Positions 20,055 to 29,001 of a stretch of 64,000 nucleotides of DNA are shown here, piece after piece. Where the stretch lies: the NCBI GenBank assembly GCA_965223565.1, contig CBDCWV010000004.1, forward strand, positions 333,683 through 397,682, given 5' to 3'. Numbering within the stretch: the first letter of the stretch is position 1; every line of letters begins with the position of its first letter. Below the pieces are notes generated by a model. The model saw only the letters and a list, made by a program, of their open reading frames with translations, did no database searches and had not been told where the DNA came from. This DNA is from Myxococcota bacterium. Lineage in GTDB: Bacteria; Myxococcota_A; UBA9160; UBA4427. The position numbers were made by a program, and so were the translations under genes.

Positions 20055-21380
20055 TCAGAGATCGAACTCGCCGGCCTCGAGCGATTCCTTGATGCGATAC
20101 AAGAAGCCATTGGCGGGAGCCCCATCGACGGCACGATGGTCGTAGGAGAGCGCAAGGTACATCATCGTTCGGATCACGATCGCATCCTCTCCGTCGAGAC
20201 TCCGCACCACGGGACGCTTCGCGATCTCGCCCATGCGCAGGATGCCGACCTGCGGTTGGTTGATGATCGCGAAGCCGTAGAGGTTACCCTGGCGGCCGGG
20301 ATTCGAGACGGTGAACGTCCCCCCACGCAGATCATCGGCGGAGAGCTGCTTGTTGCGTGCCCGTGTCGCCAGGTCGTGAATGGCGATCGCCGTGCCCGAG
20401 AGCGAGAGACGATCGGCGTTGCGCACGACCGGAACGACGAGCCCCTTCTCCGTCTCCGTCGCGACACCGACGTGGATGTCCTGCTTCTCCACGATCGCGT
20501 CGTCGACGACCGATGCATTCAGCGCGGGGAATTCACGCAAGGCGCGCACGGTCGCATGGACGATGAACGGCAGATAGGTGAGCCCGATGCCGTGACTCTC
20601 CTGGAAGGCCCGCTTGTGCTCGGCCCGCAGCCGCACGACGCGCGACAAGTCGACCTCGGCGACCGTGCCGACGTGCGGGCTCGTGCGCTTGGAGTAGACC
20701 ATGTGATCGGCGATGATCCGGCGCATCGGCGACATCGGAATCACCCGGTCACCCGGCTGAAGCTCGTAGCCGAACGAAGGTGAGGCACGCCGGGTCGGCT
20801 GGGGTGGCTGGTTTGGCGACGGCGCCTGGGCGCGAGGCGCATCCCCCGAGCCACTCTGGTCGCGCGCCGGGCTCGTCGCGGGGGCGGTCGCCGCCCCCGG
20901 CGCCGACGCACTCGCCGTGCCCTGATGACGCAGGACGTCATCCTTCGTGACACGGCCGGCGCTGCCGGTACCCCGAACCTCGCGCAGATCGATCTCCGCC
21001 TCGTCGGCGACGCGACGGGCGACCGGTGTCGCAGCGATCGCTTCCGAAGACGGCGCACGGGAGGCCGGGATCTCCGCGCTCGCCGGCGATGGGTCTGGCA
21101 CGCTCGCGGGTGCGGCCGCGGCCGGCGTGGCGCTCGGCTTGGCCTCGGGATCGATCCGCGCGAGCACGGCCCCGACCTCGACCACGTCGCCCTCCGCGAC
21201 CAGGATCTGCTCGATCACGCCGCCGCTCGGGGCCGGAATCTCCGCGTCGACCTTGTCAGTCGTGATCTCGACGATCGGCTGATCGACCTCGACCAGCTCG
21301 CCCTCCGCGACGAGCCAGCGTGCGACCGTTCCCTCGTAGACGCTCTCGCCGAGCGAAGGCAACTCAATCTCGACCGACAT
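20055..21380 (-). CDS. 2-oxoacid dehydrogenase E2 (dihydrolipoamide acyltransferase, SucB/BkdB-like)
   Basis: Lipoyl domain ITTDKVDAEIP, subunit-binding GTGSAGRVTKDD, catalytic LSYDHRAVDG. Confidence 0.93.
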   Translation of the reverse strand: MSVEIELPSLGESVYEGTVARWLVAEGELVEVDQPIVEITTDKVDAEIPAPSGGVIEQILVAEGDVVEVGAVLARIDPEAKPSATPAAAAPASVPDPSPASAEIPASRAPSSEAIAATPVARRVADEAEIDLREVRGTGSAGRVTKDDVLRHQGTASASAPGAATAPATSPARDQSGSGDAPRAQAPSPNQPPQPTRRASPSFGYELQPGDRVIPMSPMRRIIADHMVYSKRTSPHVGTVAEVDLSRVVRLRAEHKRAFQESHGIGLTYLPFIVHATVRALREFPALNASVVDDAIVEKQDIHVGVATETEKGLVVPVVRNADRLSLSGTAIAIHDLATRARNKQLSADDLRGGTFTVSNPGRQGNLYGFAIINQPQVGILRMGEIAKRPVVRSLDGEDAIVIRTMMYLALSYDHRAVDGAPANGFLYRIKESLEAGEFDL

Positions 21381-21397
21381 GCTTGACTCCTCGCTCC

Positions 21398-22003
21398 CTA
21401 TTCCAGGTCCGGAGACGCGTCGCGCCCGGACTCGCGGAGAATCGGCCATCGGGCCAGCTCGCTTGAATCGCCCCCACCGTCGAAGTGCCCCCCAACCACG
21501 TGCCCACGACGCGAGGCGTTCACCCGCCCGGTCCGCAACGCCTCGAAGGCCTCGCGCAACGCCAGCGGCGAAGGTGGACAGCCCGGCACCGCGAGGTCGA
21601 CGGGAACGAGGCGTGAAAGACCCGAGAGGGTCGCATAGTTGTCATAGGCACCGCCGGAGATCGCACAGACACCCCAGGCGACCACCCAGCGCGGCTCGAG
21701 CAGCTTCGCGTGGATCTCGCGAAGCAGCGGCGCCTGCCGACGGCTGATCGACCCCGCCACGATCAACAGATCCGCAGCGCGACTCGAGCTCGCGGGGGGT
21801 GCGGAGCCGAAGACCTCAAAGCCGTCGCCCCCCTGCGCAAGCGACATGCCGCAGCAGGCCGTCGCAAAGACGAGCGGCGACGGAGCGAGTCCGGCAGCCC
21901 AATCGAGCGCATCCTCGAGTCGCGTCGTGCGCAGTGAAGCCGCGCCGTGACTCGGCAGGGGCCGGTCCGAGCCACCATCCGCTGTCGCCGAGCTGGAATC
22001 CAC
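21398..22003 (-). CDS. NuoB-like (complex I 20-kDa family) [4Fe-4S] protein
   Basis: ATACCG, ADLLIVAG, EPRWVVAWGVCAISGG, PVDLAVPGCPP (four N2-type Cys); start GTG 22003 after GAGGGG is an estimate. Confidence 0.85.
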   Translation of the reverse strand: MDSSSATADGGSDRPLPSHGAASLRTTRLEDALDWAAGLAPSPLVFATACCGMSLAQGGDGFEVFGSAPPASSSRAADLLIVAGSISRRQAPLLREIHAKLLEPRWVVAWGVCAISGGAYDNYATLSGLSRLVPVDLAVPGCPPSPLALREAFEALRTGRVNASRRGHVVGGHFDGGGDSSELARWPILRESGRDASPDLE

Positions 22004-22078
22004 GCGCGCACTCACCCCTCGTACGGTCCGCACCCACGCGGACGCGAGGAGCATAGCCGCTCTGATATGATCGATCGC

Positions 22079-22825
22079 GTGTCCAGCACGCAAAGCGAGC
22101 CGAACCTACGGGCCGGTGGAGCGAGGTCGCCCGTTCTCGACCGGATCCTGGCGTTCGGCGTCCACGCGTTCACGGCGAGCGGAGCCGTCGTCGGCGCCTT
22201 CGCACTGATCGCCGCGCGGATCGATCGGCTCGACGCAGCAGCGTTCCTGATGCTCGTCGCGCTCCTGATCGATGGCCTGGATGGGACGCTGGCCCGCGCC
22301 GTCGACGTCGAGCGTCACACGCCCGAGATCGACGGACGGCGACTCGACGACATGGTCGACTTCCTGAATTTCGTGATCGTACCGATCGTCTTCCTGCAAG
22401 CCGCCGCGCTGGTCAGCCACCCAGGCTGGCTGGCCGCGCCGGTTCTTGCGAGCGCCTACGGGTTCTCGCGACGCGATGCGAAGACCGAGGACGGTTTCTT
22501 CCTCGGCTTCCCGTCCTACTGGAACATCCTCGCGATCTACCTGTGGCTGCTCGGTACGAGCCCCGCGGTCGTCACGTTCTGGCTCGTGCTGCTCTCGGTC
22601 GGCGTCTTCGTCCCCTACAAGTTCCTCTATCCGAGCAAGGTCGAGCCCCGGCGACTCCGTGTCGCACTCGGCATCGGCGCAGTCCTCTGGCTCGGACTGC
22701 TCGTCATCGCGATCGACCGACCCGAGCTGGCACGACGAACGCACCTCGTCGAGGCCTCGCTCTTCTATCCCGTCTGGTATCTCGCGCTCTCCGCGATACG
22801 GGGCGGCTTCGCGCGAGAATGCTGA
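22079..22825 (+). CDS. pcs: Phosphatidylcholine synthase-like CDP-alcohol phosphatidyltransferase
   Basis: VHAFTASG, DGLDGTLAR...IDGRRLDDMVDF, AKTEDGFFLGFPSYWN; multiple TM segments. Confidence 0.8.
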   Translation: MSSTQSEPNLRAGGARSPVLDRILAFGVHAFTASGAVVGAFALIAARIDRLDAAAFLMLVALLIDGLDGTLARAVDVERHTPEIDGRRLDDMVDFLNFVIVPIVFLQAAALVSHPGWLAAPVLASAYGFSRRDAKTEDGFFLGFPSYWNILAIYLWLLGTSPAVVTFWLVLLSVGVFVPYKFLYPSKVEPRRLRVALGIGAVLWLGLLVIAIDRPELARRTHLVEASLFYPVWYLALSAIRGGFAREC

Positions 22826-22835
22826 ACGCCGTCGC

Positions 22836-23927
22836 TCAGCGCGGAGCGTCGGATCCCTCGATCGCCTCGAGCAGCTCGCGAATCCGCCAGGGCTTGCGCA
22901 GGACGCTCTGAACGCCCTGGGCCAGCAGATCCGTCTCGGAGCCGACCCCGCCCGTACCGATGATCGAGACGTTCGGACGCGCGGCGCGAATACGCTCGCA
23001 CCATTGCGCCATCTCGGATCCCGCCAGCGCGAAATCGATCATCACGGTCTGCGCGCGCGGCTCGGCCGCCAGCAGCCGCAGGGCGCTCGACAGATCGTCG
23101 CTCGGATAACAGATCGCACCCATCCGCTCGATCTGCGAGACGAGCAGTCGACGCACCACGCCGTCGCGCTCGAGGACGACCACGGGCCCGGGATTCACGA
23201 GCCTGCGCGTCGGCGTCTCACTTCGCACATCGAGCAGGATGCGGACCCGCGGATCGCTCCGGCGCTGTTCCTCTTCGCGCGGACACACGACGACGAGCCA
23301 GCCGACGTTTCCGGCGCGCTTGCGAGAGCGCAAGGACCACCCCTGGCCCGGAGCCGTTCGCGGCGTCACCTCGATCCAGTCCGCCTCCGCCCGCCCGAGC
23401 AGCTCTGACGCATCGCAGTCGATCAGCTGATCGAGACGCGCCAGATCGGACGCGGCGCCCGCCGCCTCGAAGAGCTCGCAGGCGCGTTGGGAAGCGAACT
23501 CGATCGCGCCACGTCCGGAGACGGCCATGGCCGCGATCGGCGGTCCGAGCGTCGAGGAATCCGAGGGATCCATCAGCGCCGAGACGAGCGCCTCGTTCAG
23601 GGCCTCCAGATCGAAGGGCTTTTCGAGTAGCCGCGAGACGCCGCAACGGTCCGATTCCTCGAGCAGGTCGCGCGAGGGAAACCCCGTGATCAGGATCGTG
23701 TTCAGCCGCGGGTGCAGCGCGCGAAAGACCTCGGAGACATGCAGCCCGTGGATGTGGTTCTTCAACATCCAGTCCGCGATCAGCACGTCGGGCGTGGCAT
23801 CGAAGCCCGCTTCGAGGGCCTCGTAGCCGGACGCCGTCGCGATCACCTCGTGCCCTTCGTGCGCGAGGTATCGGCTCAGCGTCTCACGCAGGGAATCCTC
23901 GTCTTCTACGATCATGACGGTTGCCAA
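22836..23927 (-). CDS. Response regulator with two receiver domains flanking a PAS-like region, no output domain
   Basis: N-terminal IVEDE...IADWML...ITG...EKPF; C-terminal VLERD...MIDF...LRKPW. Confidence 0.8.
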   Translation of the reverse strand: MATVMIVEDEDSLRETLSRYLAHEGHEVIATASGYEALEAGFDATPDVLIADWMLKNHIHGLHVSEVFRALHPRLNTILITGFPSRDLLEESDRCGVSRLLEKPFDLEALNEALVSALMDPSDSSTLGPPIAAMAVSGRGAIEFASQRACELFEAAGAASDLARLDQLIDCDASELLGRAEADWIEVTPRTAPGQGWSLRSRKRAGNVGWLVVVCPREEEQRRSDPRVRILLDVRSETPTRRLVNPGPVVVLERDGVVRRLLVSQIERMGAICYPSDDLSSALRLLAAEPRAQTVMIDFALAGSEMAQWCERIRAARPNVSIIGTGGVGSETDLLAQGVQSVLRKPWRIRELLEAIEGSDAPR

Positions 23928-24281
23928 CGATCTACCTACTCCGCTTCCGCTATTCGCCCGGGGATTCGGACGGATCGTGTGCTGCCCCGCAACGCCGATC
24001 GGTTTCCGTTTTCTGCTGTGTCTGCGTCCGACTCGGATTCACTCTGAGGACGTTCCGCGGGCTCCGCGGAGATGAGGGTGGGGTGAAGCGACGTCGTTCT
24101 CGTGCCACCTCGGGATCGGGCGAGTATATTTGGCTTCTCACCCGAACGCAGTGAGCAATGACCCGATCGGCGAATCCGCACCGGGGCCCGCCTCGGGGGC
24201 TCGCTGCACGGACCCGCCGGTCGCTCGGCACCCCCGATCCCCCCGACCATCTCCCGATCAGAACAGGATGCCCGACTCGTC

Positions 24282-25328
24282 ATGCAGCCCCCACAGCCAA
24301 TCGGCGTTCTGCTCGTGAATCTCGGAACGCCCGATGCGCCAGAGACGGGTCCGGTACGGAGATACCTGCGCGAGTTCCTGAGCGATTCCCGTGTCTTGAC
24401 GCTACCCGGGGCACTCCGCTGGCTGCTGCTCAACCTCGTCATCCTGCCGACCCGTCCGGCGCGATCCGCCGAGGCGTATCGAAAGATCTGGCTTCCCGAG
24501 GGCTCGCCCCTGCTCGTCCACTCCCGCGCGCTCTGCCAGGGCGTGGGGCGCGCACTCGGGGAGACCTACCACGTCGAGTTGGCGATGCGCTACGGCCGGC
24601 CTTCGATCGAGCGAGCCCTCGCGAACCTCGAACGGGCGGGCGTCTCGCGCGTCGTCGTGCTGCCACTCTTTCCCCAGTATGCGTCCTCGGTGACGGCCTC
24701 GGTCTCCGCGCGCGTCTTCGAATGCCTCGATCGCTCGGGCGACATCCCCCCGATCGAGATCATGGGCGCGTTCTGGAACGAGCCCGACTTCGCGCGCACC
24801 TGGGCAGAGATCGCCGCCCCTGGACTGGCGGCGTTCGAGGCCGATCACGTGCTCTTCAGCTTTCACGGCCTACCCGAAGACCAGATCCGAGCGAGTGACC
24901 CGACGGGCTCGCATTGTCTCTCGCATGCGGAGTGTTGCGCGCGGCCCGGGGCGAGCTTGCGCCGTTGCTATCGAGCCCAGTGTTATGCCACGGCCGATCG
25001 CCTGAAGGCGGCCCTCTCGATCGAGCCGTCGGAGACGACGGTATCCTTTCAGTCGCGACTCGGTCCCCGCCCGTGGATCCGCCCCTTCACGGACGAGATC
25101 CTTCCCGACCTGGCCAAGCAGGGGATTCGACGCCTGGCGGTCTTCTGTCCTTCGTTCGTCGCGGATTGCCTGGAGACGCTCGAAGAGGTCGGGCTCCGCC
25201 TGCGCGCACAGTGGCTCGAGCTGGGGGGTGACGAGCTCTGGCTCGCGCCGTGTCCGAATGGCGACGAGCGCTTCGCCCGCACGGTCGCCGGCTGGATCGA
25301 ACGCCGCGCGACAGATCCGGCGGCCTGA
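24282..25328 (+). CDS. hemH: Ferrochelatase
   Basis: VLLVNLGTPDAP, GSPL, AMRYGRPS, LFSFHGLPE, FQSRLG..PWIRP, FVADCLETLEE. Confidence 0.96.
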   Translation: MQPPQPIGVLLVNLGTPDAPETGPVRRYLREFLSDSRVLTLPGALRWLLLNLVILPTRPARSAEAYRKIWLPEGSPLLVHSRALCQGVGRALGETYHVELAMRYGRPSIERALANLERAGVSRVVVLPLFPQYASSVTASVSARVFECLDRSGDIPPIEIMGAFWNEPDFARTWAEIAAPGLAAFEADHVLFSFHGLPEDQIRASDPTGSHCLSHAECCARPGASLRRCYRAQCYATADRLKAALSIEPSETTVSFQSRLGPRPWIRPFTDEILPDLAKQGIRRLAVFCPSFVADCLETLEEVGLRLRAQWLELGGDELWLAPCPNGDERFARTVAGWIERRATDPAA

Positions 25329-25382
25329 CGCCGGGCTCGGACAACGTTCGGACAGGACCCCGGGTAACGGACGCGCCGCGCG

Positions 25383-26408
25383 CTACGCGAGCGCACGGGC
25401 GGCGTCGGTAAATGCACGCACGCCCTCGACCGGCGTATCCGGCAGACAGCCGTGGCCGAGATTCAGGATATGGCCCCGGGCGGGCGCGGCGGCCTCGGCC
25501 AGCTCGCGCACCATCTCGAAAATCCGCGCCCGCGGCGCGTGCAGCCAGCAGGGATCGAGATTGCCCTGCAAGCTGACCCGGTCGCCGTGCCGCGCGGCGA
25601 CTTCGGCGAGCTCGACACGCCAGTCGAGCGAGATCACGTCGGCGCCAGAATTCGCAATCCGATCGACCACATGCGCGCCATTTTGAACGTAGAGAATGAG
25701 CGGTGCGGGCGAATCGGACAGGGCTTCGACGATTCGCCGATGGAAGGGATCGACCCAGCGCGCGTAGCTGGCCGGATCGAGCAGACCGGCCCAGGTGTCG
25801 AAGAGCTGGACCGCTTCCGCACCCGCTTCGATCTGGGCGCGGAGGTAGTCGATCGTGAGGGCCGTGAGCTTCTCGAGCAGGGCCTCGACCTCGTCCGGGC
25901 TCTTCTGGAGCATCGCCTTCAGGATCGAGAAGTCCTTCGAGCCACTGCCCTGGATCAGATAGGCCGCGAGGGTGAATGGCGCGCCTGCAAATCCCAGTAG
26001 TGGAATCTCCCGCGTCGCCAGCGCCTCGCGCAGCCGCCCGAGGATCTCGAACACGAAGGGCACCGTCTCACGCGGATCGGGAATCCGCAGGGCCTCGATC
26101 TGCGAGGCCGTCCGGAGCGGCTTCTCGATCACGGGGCCTGGCGCGAAATCGAGCGCGACGCCCATCGGCGGAATCGGCGTGAAGATGTCCTGGAACAGGA
26201 TCACGGCCTCCGCACCCACCAGATCCACCGGCTGTAGAGAGACCGTCACGGCGCGTTCGACGTCCGCGCACATCTCGAGAAAACCCACACCCGCTCGCAC
26301 CGCCCTGTACTCCGGCAGATAGCGCCCGGCTTGTCGCATCAGCCAGACGGGCGGTCGATCGACCGGCTCGCCGCGACACGCGCGCAGAAATCGCTCTCTC
26401 GGATGCAA
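25383..26408 (-). CDS. hemE: Uroporphyrinogen decarboxylase
   Basis: PVWLMRQAGRYLPEY, GFAGAPFTLAAY, QLFDTW, LQGNLDP, ILNLGHG. Confidence 0.96.
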   Translation of the reverse strand: MHPRERFLRACRGEPVDRPPVWLMRQAGRYLPEYRAVRAGVGFLEMCADVERAVTVSLQPVDLVGAEAVILFQDIFTPIPPMGVALDFAPGPVIEKPLRTASQIEALRIPDPRETVPFVFEILGRLREALATREIPLLGFAGAPFTLAAYLIQGSGSKDFSILKAMLQKSPDEVEALLEKLTALTIDYLRAQIEAGAEAVQLFDTWAGLLDPASYARWVDPFHRRIVEALSDSPAPLILYVQNGAHVVDRIANSGADVISLDWRVELAEVAARHGDRVSLQGNLDPCWLHAPRARIFEMVRELAEAAAPARGHILNLGHGCLPDTPVEGVRAFTDAARALA

Positions 26409-26451
26409 GGAGACTCCCGGTGGCTCGGCTCGGTCGGCGGGACGTGCTCGG

Positions 26452-27594
26452 TCAGTAGTTGCCGATTGCGGCCCAGCGGTCGCGATGGTAGGCGGCGTCG
26501 CCGAAAGTCAACTCGCAGGCTCGCGCCCGTTTCAGATAAAAACCGATGTCGTACTCGTCGGTCATCCCGACGCCGGCGAACATCTGGACGCCTTCGTTCG
26601 CCGCCAACAGATAGGCGTCCGAGCAGCGCGCCTTGGCGAGACTGACGAGACGACGGGCCTCCCGATCGCCCGCATCGACCGCGCGCGCCGCTGCCATCAC
26701 GCAGCTTCGCGCGAGCTCGATCTCCATGAAGACCGCGGCGGCGCGATGTTGCAGGCCCTGGAAGCTCCCGATGGGCACTCCGAATTGCTCACGGGTCTTC
26801 AGATAGTCGAGCGTCAGCTCGAACGCCTCCGACATGCCGCCCAACATCTCGCCGCAGAGCACGACCATCGCCCGCTCGACGACCGACTCGAGCAGCTCAC
26901 CGCCACGGGCGGGGCCCGCGAGAAGCGCGCCCTCGCCGGCGACGACGGCGTCGAGGCGAACGATCGCGGCGTTGCGATGGTCGACACGCACCTGCCGCTC
27001 GACCGAGACGCCCGGCACCCCAGGCTCGAGCAGGAAGAGCGCGATCCCATGCGCGTCTCCCTTCTGCCCATCGGTCCGCGCCGGCAGCACGATCGCGTCC
27101 GCTCCGACGGCATCGAGCACCTGCACCTTCTCCCCCTGCAGCCGAAACCCATCCGCCGTCCGCTCTGCCCGCGTCTCGATCGAGTAGACGTCGTAGCGGG
27201 CACCGGGCTCCTGGTGCGCGAAGGCCACGACCTTCGTGCCATCGATCACGCTCGGCAGCCATCGCTCCCGCAACGCCGCGTTCTCGCCGAGGGCGAGCGC
27301 GCTCCCGCCCATCGTCACACCCCCGAGAAACGGCTCCGGGGCGAGCTTCCGACCGAGCGCCTCGCAAACGAGGATCATCTCCGCGAGGCCCATGCCGGCC
27401 CCGCCCTGCTTCTCGTCGAAGGCGATTCCGGTCCAGCCGAGCTCCGCCATCTCGCGGAAGAGCGCCGGCGAATAGCCAAGCCGGTCGTCCGCGTCACGCA
27501 GGGCGCGAAAACGGGCCACCGGCGAGCGCTCGTCGACGAAGTCGCGCGCGGTCTGGGCGATCATCTCCTGATCTTCGTCGAGCACGAGCTGCAT
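26452..27594 (-). CDS. Acyl-CoA dehydrogenase, PimD/FadE beta-type subunit
   Basis: YLKTREQFGVPIGSFQGLQHR, QMFAGVGMTDE. Confidence 0.9.
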   Translation of the reverse strand: MQLVLDEDQEMIAQTARDFVDERSPVARFRALRDADDRLGYSPALFREMAELGWTGIAFDEKQGGAGMGLAEMILVCEALGRKLAPEPFLGGVTMGGSALALGENAALRERWLPSVIDGTKVVAFAHQEPGARYDVYSIETRAERTADGFRLQGEKVQVLDAVGADAIVLPARTDGQKGDAHGIALFLLEPGVPGVSVERQVRVDHRNAAIVRLDAVVAGEGALLAGPARGGELLESVVERAMVVLCGEMLGGMSEAFELTLDYLKTREQFGVPIGSFQGLQHRAAAVFMEIELARSCVMAAARAVDAGDREARRLVSLAKARCSDAYLLAANEGVQMFAGVGMTDEYDIGFYLKRARACELTFGDAAYHRDRWAAIGNY

Positions 27595-27678
27595 CGGCTT
27601 CCTCACGATTACCGGCGTACGGTGGCGACCCGGGCCGCATACCTCGCCCGACGTTTCGCCGGCGAGCGTCGATCTCGC

Positions 27679-28899
27679 TCAGGCGGGCAGCCCGAGCACG
27701 CGTTTGGCGATGATGTTGAGCTGAATCTCGGACGTACCGCCCTCGATCGAGTTGCCGCGGGAGCGGAGCCAATCCCGCGTCGTGTCGAGCGCGAAGGGCT
27801 CGAAGCCGGGGCCTTCCCAGCCGAGCGCGTCGGGGCCCAGGATTCGCACCATGAGCTCGTTGCGACGCATGTTCAGCTCCGTGCCGTAGACCTTGAACAT
27901 CGAGCTCTCCGGCCCCGGCTGGTGCCCTGCCTTCGCCGCATCCTGTGCGCGTTGGACGGTCAGGGCGAACGCACGACTGTCCATCTCCACCTGAGCGACG
28001 TCATCCCGGATCACTGCGTCCGCGATCCGCCCTTCGACTTCGCCCGTGTGTTCGACCGCCAGACCCGACAGGAAGCTCCGCTCGGACGCGGTCCGCTTCT
28101 TCAGGCCTGCGCCGCCGAAGGTGTCGGCGATCATCGTCCGTTCGTGTCCGAGTAATGCCTTCGCAACCGTCCAGCCAGCGCCAATCTCGTGCACCACGTT
28201 CCCAACCGGTACGCGCACGTCCGTGAAGTGCGTCTCGCAGAAAGGCGACCTGCCCGAGATGAGCAGGATCGGACTCACGCGCACACCGGGATCGTCCATG
28301 TCGATCAGCAGGAACGTGATCCCCTCCTGCTTCTTGCCCGAGTTGTCGGTTCGAACGAGCGCGAAGATCCAGTCGGCCTGATCCGCGTAGGAGGTCCAGA
28401 CCTTCGTTCCGTTGATCATGAAGTGATCGCCGTCGCGCTCGGCGCGGGTCTGGAGCGAGGCGAGATCGGAGCCCGCCCCCGGCTCCGAGTAGCCCTGACA
28501 CCAGCGAATCTCCCCTCGCACGATCTTCGGCAGGTGCTCGCGCTTCTGCTCCTCGTTGCCGAATCGAAGCAGCGTCGGACCGATCATCGTCAAGCCGAAG
28601 CCGATCAGCGGCGGCGGCAGCTCGAGCGACTTCATCTCCTGGGCGAGCACCCGCGCCTGTGCGTCCGAGAGGCCGCCGCCCCCGTATTCGGTCGGCCAGG
28701 TCGGTGCGGTCCAGCCCTTCTCCGCCATCCGCTCGAGCCAGACGCGCTGGTCGTCGCTCTCGAAGACCCATTTCTTTCCGCCCCAGACCCCGTTCAGCTC
28801 GACGATCTGGAGACCGCGAACACCCTGAGGCGCATTCTGCGCGAGCCAGGCATGGGTCTCGCGGCGAAACGCGTCGAGCTCGATCGTCGAATCGGACAT
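27679..28899 (-). CDS. Acyl-CoA dehydrogenase, PimC/FadE alpha-type subunit
   Basis: WCQGYSEPGAGSDLASL, INGTKVWTS, LGHER, SIEGGTSEIQLNII. Confidence 0.92.
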   Translation of the reverse strand: MSDSTIELDAFRRETHAWLAQNAPQGVRGLQIVELNGVWGGKKWVFESDDQRVWLERMAEKGWTAPTWPTEYGGGGLSDAQARVLAQEMKSLELPPPLIGFGLTMIGPTLLRFGNEEQKREHLPKIVRGEIRWCQGYSEPGAGSDLASLQTRAERDGDHFMINGTKVWTSYADQADWIFALVRTDNSGKKQEGITFLLIDMDDPGVRVSPILLISGRSPFCETHFTDVRVPVGNVVHEIGAGWTVAKALLGHERTMIADTFGGAGLKKRTASERSFLSGLAVEHTGEVEGRIADAVIRDDVAQVEMDSRAFALTVQRAQDAAKAGHQPGPESSMFKVYGTELNMRRNELMVRILGPDALGWEGPGFEPFALDTTRDWLRSRGNSIEGGTSEIQLNIIAKRVLGLPA

Positions 28900-29001
28900 G
28901 GTGCGAAGACTCCTGAATCACCGCTTCGGCCGCGCGCAGTGTAACGACAAGCGCGCTGATTTTCCCGGGTGACGAGGCGGGACGCTAGTATCGCCCGCGC
29001 C

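Noticed and set aside
17051-22003. Interpretation of the nuo-like genes as a group 4 [NiFe]-hydrogenase or formate hydrogenlyase
   Set aside because: The large subunit lacks both Ni-binding CxxC motifs, the small subunit has the adjacent CC of complex I, and no hyp or membrane subunits are present
23936-24231. Small ORFs or a riboswitch in the response regulator-hemH spacer
   Set aside because: No recognisable riboswitch consensus, RBS or coding signal
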